Program-made: the position numbers and the translations under genes
Origin: a virus
Direction: 5' to 3' (one strand)
Virus record (IMG/VR): IMGVR_UViG_3300042397_001782
Location: 1-64,000 of that record
DNA length: 64,000 nucleotides
In this document: positions 48,495 to 57,886 of the stretch, piece by piece
How the letters are laid out: every line of letters begins with the position of its first letter
How positions within the stretch are numbered: the first letter of the stretch is position 1
Notes under the pieces: generated by a model
Told to the model about the DNA's origin: nothing
Seen by the model: only the letters and a program-made list of their open reading frames with translations
Database searches by the model: none

Positions 48495-48776
48495 TTAATT
48501 TTTAAATAATTCATTTATATTTTTTGCAGATTCAAAATCATTCATTGAATTAGCAAATTCCTCAAGAACTCCTTTTGGTGTGAAACATATAGTTACATCG
48601 TATACTTTATTATTGCACCCTACTTCTGCTAAATATGCAGTTAATCCATTTTCAGGAAGTTCAGTTTCTTTTGCAATATCCATAAAAACATTCATTGTTT
48701 TTATTGTCAATACTTTACTCATGTCTTCTTGACTATTTATTTTTTTATTACCTGTGAATTTTTCCATTTTACTCAT
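48495..48776 (-). CDS. Hypothetical protein
   Basis: 93 aa ORF. Confidence 0.55.
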   Translation of the reverse strand: MSKMEKFTGNKKINSQEDMSKVLTIKTMNVFMDIAKETELPENGLTAYLAEVGCNNKVYDVTICFTPKGVLEEFANSMNDFESAKNINELFKN

Positions 48777-48777
48777 A

Positions 48778-49839
48778 TTAATTTTTATTTTTACTAAGGT
48801 TAACTACTGCTATCTTATCTTTAAATTTATCCATACCATTCAACACCCACTTTTCTTCTAAAGTTCCCTCAGCTACTAAGAAATATATAAAACTTTTCTC
48901 ATGTACTGCTATCCTGCAAAATCTTCCGATAAGTTGTTCTTTTGATGAAGGAGAACTATCTATTCCTAGCACAAATCCATACTTTAAATTTGGTATACTA
49001 ACGGATTCTTTTAGGATTCCTACATTTACTAGTCTACCTGATTCAGAGTGATAGAACTCATCATAGTTTTTCTTCTTAGTTTTATTATCCATAGAAGAAT
49101 TAAATTGAGAAAACCCAAAACTAGCACCTTGCTCAATACTTCCTGCATATATTAATAACTTTTTATCCGAAAATTTCTCATTAATTAGTCTATTAGCTAG
49201 AGCCACTTTGCTAGGCAATGTATTTAAGAACTGCTTCAGTTTGCCTAATTCAGGAGGGTAGGATTCATTATATGGAGATGTTAAATAATTTTTGTGATGA
49301 TAATCATAAACACTTTTTTCTTCAGGAGTCATCTTATACTTAACCACAACCATTTGAAAATTATTCAATAAATTATTATCAATAGCATTATTGATAAGGT
49401 AGGAATAACAAATAGGAAAGTATTTGTGAATTTCATGAGTATTGCTTGGAGTACCTGTAAGTCCTAGAATAGATACCGCAGGGTTTATTCTCATAAGTCT
49501 CAAACAATTTTCCAATATAAGATCTTTTTCCTTGTGCATTTCATCTATAATAATCAAATCGTACTTTTCGTTGTAATTTTTCAAAGATTTATTGCATATA
49601 AAGGTAATGTTAGTTTCCAAACAACCCCATTTAGTTAATTCATCTTTAAAGTTTTTAATATAAATTTGTCTTGCACCACTAAATAAAATTTTACAATAAG
49701 GGTTAGTACTTCTATAGTGTTTAATAATATCAATAGCACACTTTGTCTTTCCCATTCCTACCGCTAGAGCAATAGTGGATCTTCTATCTTTAGAGGATAG
49801 GAAAGCGTTTACTGCTTTTTCCTGGACTTCTGCTTTCAT
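48778..49839 (-). CDS. Superfamily 2 helicase
   Basis: AVGMGKT, IIDEMH, GLTGTP, QLIGRFCR. Confidence 0.9.
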   Translation of the reverse strand: MKAEVQEKAVNAFLSSKDRRSTIALAVGMGKTKCAIDIIKHYRSTNPYCKILFSGARQIYIKNFKDELTKWGCLETNITFICNKSLKNYNEKYDLIIIDEMHKEKDLILENCLRLMRINPAVSILGLTGTPSNTHEIHKYFPICYSYLINNAIDNNLLNNFQMVVVKYKMTPEEKSVYDYHHKNYLTSPYNESYPPELGKLKQFLNTLPSKVALANRLINEKFSDKKLLIYAGSIEQGASFGFSQFNSSMDNKTKKKNYDEFYHSESGRLVNVGILKESVSIPNLKYGFVLGIDSSPSSKEQLIGRFCRIAVHEKSFIYFLVAEGTLEEKWVLNGMDKFKDKIAVVNLSKNKN

Positions 49840-50075
49840 AGGTAAAATTCACAATCTTCTTTTACCTCTATTTTTTTGTCTTGACTAAAATCAGACATTA
49901 ATATAAGCTCTTCACTTTGCCTATCATAAAGATAGTTTTGTAGCCTAGCACAATCTCTAGCAGGGCAATCTACAGAAATACATCTTGAATAGTCTTTTGG
50001 AAGCAAGTAGGAGGGCTTGGGTATAATTACTATGCCGTCTCCGCCCTCTGGGCAATTATCTATTTTTTTTGTCAT
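49836..50075 (-). CDS. Small Cys-rich protein
   Basis: C.S.DCP...C.R...C. Confidence 0.55.
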   Translation of the reverse strand: MTKKIDNCPEGGDGIVIIPKPSYLLPKDYSRCISVDCPARDCARLQNYLYDRQSEELILMSDFSQDKKIEVKEDCEFYL

Positions 50076-50105
50076 TTTAATTTAATTTTAAGGGTGATAA
50101 TTTAT

Positions 50106-50750
50106 TTATTTGTAATAAGGTAGTTTATAATGTATAACTCCGCCTGTGTATTCTTTATGTACTAATTGCCAATTTTTATATTTTTCGAATAAAAAATCAA
50201 GATAAATGCACATTACCTTCACTTGTTTAGCTTCATTAAACCTACCAGATATATCCATTCCTCCTTTCTTACACATAGCATTCCAGGTACCATTTATAAA
50301 TTGAAACATGCCCTGAGCTGAAGAACTAGAATTTTTAGCGTTTAAGTTTAATCTTGATTCTTTAAATGCAATATACCATAATAAGTTATGAGGACAATGA
50401 TGCTTATCTATTAAACTTTTATAGGTAAAGTACAAATGATTCAATCTTTTTTCTTCTTTTAGAGTTAATTTAAGGGGCAAACTTCTTCTGAAATCAGTAT
50501 ATTCAGTAGCACTATCTTGATCTTTAACTTCCAAGTGTTGTATAATTTGGTTTTTTGTTTGTAATATTTTTATTGTAGAAATATATTTAAAGTTAATATC
50601 AAGATTATTGGTTAATAATTTACCAATAATAATTATATTAAATATAATTGAAATATATAATACATATAACCATTTACCTACTTTAAAAGTTAAAGTATCT
50701 TTATCATAATAATAAAGATTAGTTTTATTTAATAATTTGTTTAAATTCAT
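50106..50750 (-). CDS. Membrane-anchored lytic transglycosylase (SLT domain)
   Basis: TM helix; IAFKES...A.N..SSA.GMFQF...TW. Confidence 0.8.
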   Translation of the reverse strand: MNLNKLLNKTNLYYYDKDTLTFKVGKWLYVLYISIIFNIIIIGKLLTNNLDINFKYISTIKILQTKNQIIQHLEVKDQDSATEYTDFRRSLPLKLTLKEEKRLNHLYFTYKSLIDKHHCPHNLLWYIAFKESRLNLNAKNSSSSAQGMFQFINGTWNAMCKKGGMDISGRFNEAKQVKVMCIYLDFLFEKYKNWQLVHKEYTGGVIHYKLPYYK

Positions 50751-50766
50751 AAATTTTATTTAATTT

Positions 50767-51129
50767 TTAGAATTCTGCTTGAAAATTACAATAGTCTTCT
50801 TGCTCTAAGCATTCTTTTATTTTTTTGCCTAACAATAAATCTGCATATTCGCTTAACATACTATCTGTAATTTCAGCTTTATGTAAAGCCAATGAAGGCT
50901 CAATTGGCTTGTCTTTAAAAAAATCTTCTATTTTTTGAAAATTATCTCCTAAGTTTGTTTCTATTTTTTTAATTTCCTCACAAACTTTTTCATAATGATC
51001 TTTTTTAGTAAATTCATAATTGATAATTTGTGGTTCATAAGAATTACCTCCAAATCTATCTGCCGCATTGCTTGATTGAATAGCAAACCAAAACTTGCCT
51101 TCTATGTCTCCTGAATAATATCTTCCCAT
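50767..51129 (-). CDS. Hypothetical phage protein
   Basis: MGRYYSGDIEGKFWFAIQSS..ADRFG. Confidence 0.65.
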   Translation of the reverse strand: MGRYYSGDIEGKFWFAIQSSNAADRFGGNSYEPQIINYEFTKKDHYEKVCEEIKKIETNLGDNFQKIEDFFKDKPIEPSLALHKAEITDSMLSEYADLLLGKKIKECLEQEDYCNFQAEF

Positions 51130-51146
51130 AATTTTTAATTGTTTAT

Positions 51147-51338
51147 TTAAATTGTGCCAATTTTTTTAATTGTGTATACATGTCCTGAATCTGAATTAAC
51201 CTCAAATCTAGCTCTCATTTCTTCTGCTTCTTCAATTGTATGATATTCTAATACTTCTCCATGAGTGTCTAAAAGAATAACTGGTAATTCTTTATTTGTT
51301 TTTGGATCTTTAATTTTTTTAATAATTACATAGTTCAT
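51147..51338 (-). CDS. Hypothetical protein
   Basis: 63 aa ORF. Confidence 0.6.
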   Translation of the reverse strand: MNYVIIKKIKDPKTNKELPVILLDTHGEVLEYHTIEEAEEMRARFEVNSDSGHVYTIKKIGTI

Positions 51339-51455
51339 AAAATTTATTTTATTGTTTTAACTTTCTTTTTGTAGCAGTGTTTAATTTTTTTATTGCTGTA
51401 GGATTTTCTCTACAATAATAAATTGGAGGGAATTACCATAGTTAGTTTTTTATTA

Positions 51456-51605
51456 TTAATTCATACAATGAATATACAACCCCATAAATGTTGCATTGGG
51501 GTATTCTATTTCCCATTGTTGGTAAGCCTCGCAAACAGTACCTTCGTATGTTTTTCCGTTGCTAAATAAATCTTCTTTTTCAAGTTTAAATACTATATGT
51601 ATCAT
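51456..51605 (-). CDS. Small hypothetical protein (not in ORF track)
   Basis: MIHIVFKLEKEDLFSNGKTYEG...HCMN, 49 aa. Confidence 0.5.
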   Translation of the reverse strand: MIHIVFKLEKEDLFSNGKTYEGTVCEAYQQWEIEYPNATFMGLYIHCMN

Positions 51606-51639
51606 AATTTATAATTTTTTTATTTGGTTTGGTTCTATA

Positions 51640-52113
51640 TTATTGAGGTCTTTTTATTGTAGATTCGTTTGCATTTTTTACACTAACTTTTTCCGCTTCG
51701 TAATAATTCCAATAGGCTTCCACGCTATTACCTGGAACTTTGTATTTATCGGGCATACATTGTGGCATAGGGGTTAATTCTGTTTTGGTTACATTAACAG
51801 GGGGATTCCTAAGCATATCACTACATTTTAATATAGTTAAATGTTGTTTACCATAACGTCTTGTATACTCTTCCCCTAGTGCAACCATATGTTTATACAA
51901 CCACTTGTAATTAGAGATGGACTCCCTTGCCCATACCGCTGATGGGTGATTTTTATGAGTTACTTTGTAAGGAACATTAGCCTTATCTCCATCAGAAATG
52001 ATATGAGCGGTGCATAGTAATTGTGCAGACTCTAGTATCATCTTTACTACATGTTTGTTATACATGTACTCAGCGGCTTTTTTGGGATCTGTAGACAGAT
52101 AGAATATATTCAT
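51640..52113 (-). CDS. Pyrimidine-dimer DNA glycosylase/endonuclease V-like protein
   Basis: MNIFYL...KHVVKMILESAQLL...H.NHP...W...NY.WL...EY..RYGK.H. Confidence 0.8.
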   Translation of the reverse strand: MNIFYLSTDPKKAAEYMYNKHVVKMILESAQLLCTAHIISDGDKANVPYKVTHKNHPSAVWARESISNYKWLYKHMVALGEEYTRRYGKQHLTILKCSDMLRNPPVNVTKTELTPMPQCMPDKYKVPGNSVEAYWNYYEAEKVSVKNANESTIKRPQ

Positions 52114-52137
52114 ATTTTTTGATTTTATTTGCTAGGT

Positions 52138-52323
52138 TTAATAATTTCTAGTGGTATCTCTGATGGCTCTTTCTCTTTGTTTTTCTTGTTCCCAATAATA
52201 CCAATTTTTCTGCTCATCAGTAAGTACAAGGGTCTTTGCATCTTTCTCTGCCTTTAGATAGCCTTCATCAAAAATTCTAGTGTGAGTTTGTGGAAATACT
52301 TTTTTTATTATTCTTTGTAACAT
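52138..52323 (-). CDS. Hypothetical protein
   Basis: Start moved to MLQRII, downstream of the TAATTTTG promoter. Confidence 0.55.
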   Translation of the reverse strand: MLQRIIKKVFPQTHTRIFDEGYLKAEKDAKTLVLTDEQKNWYYWEQEKQRERAIRDTTRNY

Positions 52324-52343
52324 ATATCTATTAAATTTAAGTG

Positions 52344-52351
52344 CAAAATTA
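52344..52351 (-). promoter_or_regulatory. Bacteroidota -7 promoter element
   Basis: TAATTTTG(CA). Confidence 0.55.
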
Positions 52352-52393
52352 ATAATTATTTTTTTAAACAAGTTATTTTTTTTAAGACTATAA

Positions 52394-52600
52394 TTAACCA
52401 TTATAGTTTCTATCTACTTTTACTATATGAGAATAGTTATTCCCTCTACTTGTAAACGCACTTCTAGTATTGGGAGACAATGTACTCGGCCAGAGTTTAT
52501 TTAGGTCAACAGGGTTGTTATCTACGCTTTTAGCTTTTTTACGAGCCACTAAAGCAGCTAATTTAATGTCAATGGGGTTTGTTAAAATTGGATCTTTCAT
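52394..52600 (-). CDS. Hypothetical basic protein
   Basis: 68 aa with an A-rich leader. Confidence 0.5.
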   Translation of the reverse strand: MKDPILTNPIDIKLAALVARKKAKSVDNNPVDLNKLWPSTLSPNTRSAFTSRGNNYSHIVKVDRNYNG

Positions 52601-52726
52601 TTTAAAAATTTTTAATGTTAATAATTTTAATGTTAATAGTTTAAAAACTACACCTAACAGATATTATATACTATTAGGTGTAATTCAATTAAAGGGTTTA
52701 TAGTTAAGTTTAATGTCTTTATAAAT

Positions 52727-52960
52727 TTATTGTAAATAATCAGTCATTAGACTATCTAATTGTCCTTGCAATTCTACTCTTCCTACAAAGGTATTGTTGT
52801 CAAATACTTCTACAGAAGAATCTACTACATATATTCTAAAGCTACAATCAGTTGGCTCTGAATGAGAATGAATTGTAGTTTCTAAAATCATAGCTAACAT
52901 AATAGCTAAAATTATAATTAAAAATGCAGTGGTGCTTATCAAAAAAGTTGTTACTTTCAT
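52727..52960 (-). CDS. Small N-terminal TM protein
   Basis: Hydrophobic N-terminus. Confidence 0.55.
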   Translation of the reverse strand: MKVTTFLISTTAFLIIILAIMLAMILETTIHSHSEPTDCSFRIYVVDSSVEVFDNNTFVGRVELQGQLDSLMTDYLQ

Positions 52961-52990
52961 ATTTATAGTTTTAAGGTTAATAATATAAGT

Positions 52991-53182
52991 TTAATTAAGA
53001 TAATCCATTAACTTTCCATAAACAAAGTCTATATCATTATTTAATTCGTTAAGTTGATTTTCAGTCATTTCTTCTCCATTATATTCTGCTCTTACAATAT
53101 AAGCATCACAATAATCGGGATAGTCATTATGGTTGATACCATCAAATTCTATGTCTTTAATCAATTTGTAATCTAATGTCAT
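52991..53182 (-). CDS. Hypothetical phage protein
   Basis: GI...DYPDYCDAYI..A...G..MTE.QL.ELN. Confidence 0.65.
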   Translation of the reverse strand: MTLDYKLIKDIEFDGINHNDYPDYCDAYIVRAEYNGEEMTENQLNELNNDIDFVYGKLMDYLN

Positions 53183-53194
53183 AACTTTTATTTT

Positions 53195-53374
53195 TTAATT
53201 TATAGTGGAGTAATTAGGGTGAGCATTGTTATCACTTACCCTAAATGGGGTTTCTTTTTTACTACCCTCGTCTAAAAATGACATAAATGCTCCTATGTTT
53301 TCAGTTTCAAGATTACTAAATATACCTCCATTTATTATCTCGTCTAAATCTTCAAAAAATTCTTTAAAGTCCAT
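53195..53374 (-). CDS. Small hypothetical protein (not in ORF track)
   Basis: MDFKEFFEDLDEII...YSTIN, 59 aa. Confidence 0.5.
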   Translation of the reverse strand: MDFKEFFEDLDEIINGGIFSNLETENIGAFMSFLDEGSKKETPFRVSDNNAHPNYSTIN

Positions 53375-53398
53375 ATTGTTTATTTTTAATTTATAAAA

Positions 53399-53638
53399 CT
53401 AATTAGATGCTTTTATACCTTTATATGTGAAGAAGCCACACAATTCATCTACTAGAAACCAATGTTCTTCATTTTGTTCGTCTATTATTACAACTTCATC
53501 TTCATCATCATCATCTTTAGTGAGATCAATAATTTTGTATTCTTTACCTACAACGAGGGCTTCTTCGCCTGTGCTTCTCATTAAACAAGGGTTAATGGCT
53601 ACTAATTCTGTTCCGATTTGCAATTTACTTTTATCCAT
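53399..53638 (-). CDS. Hypothetical SH3-like protein
   Basis: LVVGKEYKII...IIDEQNEEHWF. Confidence 0.6.
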   Translation of the reverse strand: MDKSKLQIGTELVAINPCLMRSTGEEALVVGKEYKIIDLTKDDDDEDEVVIIDEQNEEHWFLVDELCGFFTYKGIKASN

Positions 53639-53671
53639 TTTATTTTATTTTATTTGTTATTAATTTTGGTG

Positions 53672-53679
53672 CAAAAATA
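53672..53679 (-). promoter_or_regulatory. Bacteroidota -7 promoter element
   Basis: TATTTTTG(CA). Confidence 0.55.
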
Positions 53680-53735
53680 TGCTTATTGAAAGGGTGGGTG
53701 TTATAAATTTTGTTGCAATTACTTTAATTTTTGTT

Positions 53736-53966
53736 TCAATTTACGAATAATTCATTATAAATACCCTCTTCTTGAAATTTCAATAGGTATGCTTGACACT
53801 TATTTGTAAAACTTTCTGTGTCTAGTCCTTGCACCTCTACAAATCCGTTAAAGTTAAATGTTTTGAGGGGTTCGCAATGCACCACTTGTTTTTTGCTCTG
53901 AATAAATACATAGTTACCTAGTTGTATTACATTTGTGTTTCCGTCTGTTAAGATCTTTTTTGTCAT
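53736..53966 (-). CDS. Hypothetical early protein
   Basis: 76 aa preceded by a leader-repeat variant. Confidence 0.6.
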   Translation of the reverse strand: MTKKILTDGNTNVIQLGNYVFIQSKKQVVHCEPLKTFNFNGFVEVQGLDTESFTNKCQAYLLKFQEEGIYNELFVN

Positions 53967-53977
53967 TTTTATGGCTT

Positions 53978-54322
53978 TTAATTATTTTTATAAATTTTAA
54001 TAAATTCTACTATTGCTTGATAAATTGCCTCAAACATACTTCCCTCAATAATGTCTACTAGTACTTCACTTTTTGTATTGTTCACTATTTTTACATGATT
54101 ATCATGTATCTGCACCACGTTATTAAGGTCGTTTATTCTTCCCACTACCTCCATAAGCCAACGCCAGTCGGTGTAGTAGTGTAGTTCACTAGTCATATAC
54201 CCTTGCTCGAAGTATAAGCCATCTGACTTCATTTCTTTTAAGGTTTCTAGGTATTTGCTATCATCGGTATGACGCACCCCCATAAACTCTGCTATTAACT
54301 TATTATTTTCTTGTGTGTTCAT
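53978..54322 (-). CDS. NKLIAEFMG-family protein
   Basis: NNKLIAEFMG...YYTDWRWLMEVV..I...EAIY.AIVEF. Confidence 0.7.
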   Translation of the reverse strand: MNTQENNKLIAEFMGVRHTDDSKYLETLKEMKSDGLYFEQGYMTSELHYYTDWRWLMEVVGRINDLNNVVQIHDNHVKIVNNTKSEVLVDIIEGSMFEAIYQAIVEFIKIYKNN

Positions 54323-54344
54323 TTTTTATGATTTTTAATGTTAA

Positions 54345-54737
54345 TTATTTATTTTTGTTATACCATTTTACAAATTCTACACAAGCATTGTAAACTGCTT
54401 CTATTTTTGAATAGCAATTAGTAACATCTATAAAATAGTCACAGTTTGTTAAGTTTGTTGTTAGGTGCTGAATAATACAGAAATATTCCCCCGTTAAATT
54501 TCCCGATTCATCATCTATAAATGGTGCTGAATTAAAAAAATACCCTAAACTCTCAATCTTTTCAACTACTTGCATAAGCCAATTCCAGTCTGTGTCAAAA
54601 TGCAGAAGTTCAATTCTATTTGCCCATACATCATTTGGAGTAGTAAAGTATTGCCCAAACCACCTTTCATTAGGGTCTTGTTGTAATTTAAACCCCATAA
54701 ACTCTGCTAATAATTTGTTGTTTGTTGTTGTTGTCAT
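54345..54737 (-). CDS. NKLIAEFMG-family protein (paralog)
   Basis: NNKLLAEFMG...FDTDWNWLMQVVEKI...EAVYNACVEF. Confidence 0.7.
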   Translation of the reverse strand: MTTTTNNKLLAEFMGFKLQQDPNERWFGQYFTTPNDVWANRIELLHFDTDWNWLMQVVEKIESLGYFFNSAPFIDDESGNLTGEYFCIIQHLTTNLTNCDYFIDVTNCYSKIEAVYNACVEFVKWYNKNK

Positions 54738-54740
54738 TTC

Positions 54741-54962
54741 TTATTTATTTATCTGATTAAGTAATTCTTCTTGATGATGTAGGGGCAAATCGGTACATTT
54801 AGTAACGTATTCATTACCATAGCAATCAATTTCTGCTTCTTCTTTGCTACCATAGATAACTATATCATCGTTACTACCAAAACGAACTAAATTGTCGTTG
54901 GCTTTATCCCATATTACAAAATCCGTGTCAAATAATTGTTTTTTTCTTTCTATTGTGTTCAT
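54741..54962 (-). CDS. Hypothetical early protein
   Basis: 73 aa after a leader repeat. Confidence 0.65.
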   Translation of the reverse strand: MNTIERKKQLFDTDFVIWDKANDNLVRFGSNDDIVIYGSKEEAEIDCYGNEYVTKCTDLPLHHQEELLNQINK

Positions 54963-54974
54963 TTTTTATGATTT

Positions 54975-55232
54975 TTAATTGTTTAATTCATCAAGATTTT
55001 CCTCTAATCCTTCCATTTCTCCAAACTCTCTAATACTGAACCATATTTGCTCCATTGTAGCTTCATTGGTCAATGCACTATATAGCACACTCTGAGCTTC
55101 TTCGTCAGTGCAATTAAATTTAGACTTAACGTCTTCCACCTGCCAAAGATTGTCTGTAAAATATCCAGCGTCTTTAAGTATTTGTTTTGCTTGTTCTACT
55201 TGTTCTTCTTGTTTTGTTGTAATGTTTGTCAT
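54975..55232 (-). CDS. Hypothetical early protein
   Basis: 85 aa after a leader repeat. Confidence 0.65.
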   Translation of the reverse strand: MTNITTKQEEQVEQAKQILKDAGYFTDNLWQVEDVKSKFNCTDEEAQSVLYSALTNEATMEQIWFSIREFGEMEGLEENLDELNN

Positions 55233-55244
55233 TTTTTATGATTT

Positions 55245-55838
55245 TTAATTGTTTAATAATAAGTCATTTAATCTTTCATTTAGTTGATCTATTGTTGGTA
55301 TTGTTTCACCATTTAATTTACCATCTTCTTTTAAGATTAAATATTTTAATTTATAAGGGGTGTTGACAAAGTAATCATTGTAATTTTCTATTGCATCTTT
55401 TACTTTTATTATTTTTCTTTCATTATCTGTTAATGACTCCCATAAAATAAAGTTTTCTCCAAATACATTTTTTACTATATTTGAGTTAGGAACAATAGAA
55501 AATATAGCTTTTTGTATTTCTTCAGTGCTAAAATCAAGACTATCTGAAAGTGTTTTTAAGCCACTATTTTCTAATGTAGTTCTAAGTTTAGATATACTAT
55601 CTATTTTAAGATTGCCTAACATAGTAGTATGTGTATCCCAGTCCCACTCTTCCATTGTTATATAGTTAGTGTTATTAAAATTCATTTCACTAACATTTCC
55701 CCAATATGTAAATGATTGAGAAAAATTTCCTTTTTGCAGTTTAATAGTTCCCCCTAAATTAAGAGTTAACCATTCTTTTTCTGTAATTACTTTAATGTCT
55801 CCTGTTGGTGCTTGTAAATTGTTAAATAAATTTTCCAT
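55245..55838 (-). CDS. Hypothetical early protein
   Basis: 197 aa. Confidence 0.65.
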   Translation of the reverse strand: MENLFNNLQAPTGDIKVITEKEWLTLNLGGTIKLQKGNFSQSFTYWGNVSEMNFNNTNYITMEEWDWDTHTTMLGNLKIDSISKLRTTLENSGLKTLSDSLDFSTEEIQKAIFSIVPNSNIVKNVFGENFILWESLTDNERKIIKVKDAIENYNDYFVNTPYKLKYLILKEDGKLNGETIPTIDQLNERLNDLLLNN

Positions 55839-55911
55839 TTTTTTTTAGTTTTAATTGTTAATAAAGTTAATTTTTTATGAGTTTTAATTGTTTAAATTTT
55901 TACTTGTTTAA

Positions 55912-56100
55912 TTAAGATTTTTTAAATTTGCTATATATGTACCCTTTTTTTTCTGCTAATAGATCTTTAATCTTCCACTCCTCCGATATACTACAGAATA
56001 GTTTTTTACTCGTATGAGTAGAAAATTTACAATACTCCTTTATAATAGCTTTTTTTTCTGCCTCTGTATAGGCAAATGGTTTGATTTTTCCTACTTTCAT
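55912..56100 (-). CDS. Hypothetical basic protein
   Basis: 62 aa. Confidence 0.5.
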   Translation of the reverse strand: MKVGKIKPFAYTEAEKKAIIKEYCKFSTHTSKKLFCSISEEWKIKDLLAEKKGYIYSKFKKS

Positions 56101-56108
56101 TTAATTAT

Positions 56109-56363
56109 TTATTTAGTGGCGTTATTAATTACTTTCTCAATTCTGACTAATAGCCACAACGGCATATCATTCCAGTTATCTTTTCTTTGATAATACTCCT
56201 GTATTTCCTTTAGTAGTTCTAATTTTTCATCTTCGGGATTATGTTTATCTAAATAGTCTCTTAAATCTGATTTTAAATTATACAATAATTCATCTTCATC
56301 TTTATCATTATAGGTGGATGATTGGTATATATTAAATAGTTCGCTATATTGTGTCTCTGTCAT
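56109..56363 (-). CDS. Hypothetical early protein
   Basis: 84 aa after a leader repeat. Confidence 0.65.
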   Translation of the reverse strand: MTETQYSELFNIYQSSTYNDKDEDELLYNLKSDLRDYLDKHNPEDEKLELLKEIQEYYQRKDNWNDMPLWLLVRIEKVINNATK

Positions 56364-56389
56364 TTTTTATGATTTTAAATTGTTATAAA

Positions 56390-56545
56390 TTAGTTTAATT
56401 TGCCAAATATTTTCTTATAGATAGCATTCAAACTTGTTGCACTATATTGTCTTTGATCCTTTTTGGCTATATAAGTTCCATTCATTCCTAGAGTAATTGA
56501 ATATCCGTTTTTTGATAGTTTTTTTCTTATTGATTCAGTTGTCAT
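56390..56545 (-). CDS. Small hypothetical protein (not in ORF track)
   Basis: MTTESIRKKLSKNGYSITLG...IFGKLN, 51 aa, after a leader repeat. Confidence 0.65.
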   Translation of the reverse strand: MTTESIRKKLSKNGYSITLGMNGTYIAKKDQRQYSATSLNAIYKKIFGKLN

Positions 56546-56576
56546 TTTTTATGATTTTTAAAGTGTTATAAATTTT

Positions 56577-56942
56577 TTATATAGTAGCCTCAGTCAGTTC
56601 GTGAATAGTCAAAAAGATATTATTCGCATATAATTCTAATTTGTCTTTTTTCCATAGTTCTATATCTTCTTCACTTGCTTCACTATTTTCATTGTCCACT
56701 AGTACGCTATAGTGTAAGGTATTTTTTGAAGTGTTTATTCCTTCTTCGTGGTCTATATGTGCATAATCAAAATTAAATTTGTAATATAGTTCGTATTCAA
56801 AATATTTTTGAATAGCTTCTTTTGTAGTTTCTGAATTGATTATTTTACTTTTTAAGGAATAGCCGTTTACATAGTCGGTTTCGCCCTCGTTATAGCTATC
56901 TTTGAAAATTTCGTGGGTACTTGAAATGATAAATTTTTTCAT
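56577..56942 (-). CDS. Hypothetical acidic early protein
   Basis: 121 aa. Confidence 0.65.
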   Translation of the reverse strand: MKKFIISSTHEIFKDSYNEGETDYVNGYSLKSKIINSETTKEAIQKYFEYELYYKFNFDYAHIDHEEGINTSKNTLHYSVLVDNENSEASEEDIELWKKDKLELYANNIFLTIHELTEATI

Positions 56943-56965
56943 TGGTTTACTTTTTTAAGATATTA

Positions 56966-56993
56966 ATAAAACGGGCGTTTTTAGGCACGCCCG
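56966..56993 (-). terminator. Intrinsic terminator-like hairpin
   Basis: cgggcgt/acgcccg stem with a U-rich tail on the - strand. Confidence 0.6.
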
Positions 56994-57009
56994 AAGCCTC
57001 TGTAATTAA

Positions 57010-57855
57010 TTAAAAATGTTTTTTTGCTAATTGGTTAAGGTATGCAATTTCAAACGTATGGCACCCGATTTTAATTATTTTTTTGTCTATATAGTTTATG
57101 GAGTAGTCTAGGACACTATCGCCCACCTTTAATATATTTTTTTCTAAACATTCATAAAACTTTTTAGCAATTACGAAAGGAATTTCAACTCTCTGCGTAG
57201 TTTCAAAACGATTTTTTTCTGTGTTATACCTCAAAAAGTCTCTATCCAGTCTTTTATATAGATAGTTAGTTTCGAAATTATACCACTTTGTCAACTCTTT
57301 TTTAAGTAATTTTTTGGCTTCTGCTAGTTTCTTTTTTGCTTCTGTTTTTTGTAGTTCGGATATTTTACTACTAAACTCTAAAAACTCGTTTTTATTTTGT
57401 ACGTTTAGGGCTTCTGCAAGAGTTAAAGGCGTTTCAATCTCAAAAAATTGTACATACTTATCAACTTGACTTTTGATATTATTTAATTGGTTTATATAAA
57501 TTTCGGGTTTTTTTGCCTTTAATAGGCTACGCCCTATATTTTTAGCCTCATTTAGCCACGTTTTAAAGTTTTCCTCGTGGTCTGTTAAATGATAACAATA
57601 AATTTTGTCTATATGACTACTTGCACCCCTTACAATACTAATCTGCTTAGAGGTGGTGTTGCTATAAGATCTTAAAGTGAAAAGTATTTTATTTTCCCCT
57701 CCCCGCTCTATATGTTTAGCAATTGGAAAATGACTCCCGTACGAGTATATCGTATCATTGTGGAAATAAAAATTATTTGTTGGTGTACGGGCTTCGTTTT
57801 GTAATTTATTTGCCCATAGGTGTGCTACTTGTTGTTTATTTACTACTTTTTTCAT
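57010..57855 (-). CDS. Hypothetical early phage protein
   Basis: VAHLWA...IYSYG.HFPIA...YS.TTSKQ...IGCH. Confidence 0.7.
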   Translation of the reverse strand: MKKVVNKQQVAHLWANKLQNEARTPTNNFYFHNDTIYSYGSHFPIAKHIERGGENKILFTLRSYSNTTSKQISIVRGASSHIDKIYCYHLTDHEENFKTWLNEAKNIGRSLLKAKKPEIYINQLNNIKSQVDKYVQFFEIETPLTLAEALNVQNKNEFLEFSSKISELQKTEAKKKLAEAKKLLKKELTKWYNFETNYLYKRLDRDFLRYNTEKNRFETTQRVEIPFVIAKKFYECLEKNILKVGDSVLDYSINYIDKKIIKIGCHTFEIAYLNQLAKKHF

Positions 57856-57886
57856 ATTGTTACTTTTTTAAAGATTTTAAAATAAT

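Larger units (their letters stand above)
53964..56561 (-). repeat. Dispersed leader repeat TTAAAAATCATAAAAAATG (7 copies including variants)
   Basis: Copies at 53964, 54320, 54960, 55230, 55871 (ATG lost), 56361 and 56543. Confidence 0.85.

Noticed and set aside
53964-56561. CRISPR array
   Set aside because: The repeats are separated by whole genes of variable length; no cas genes
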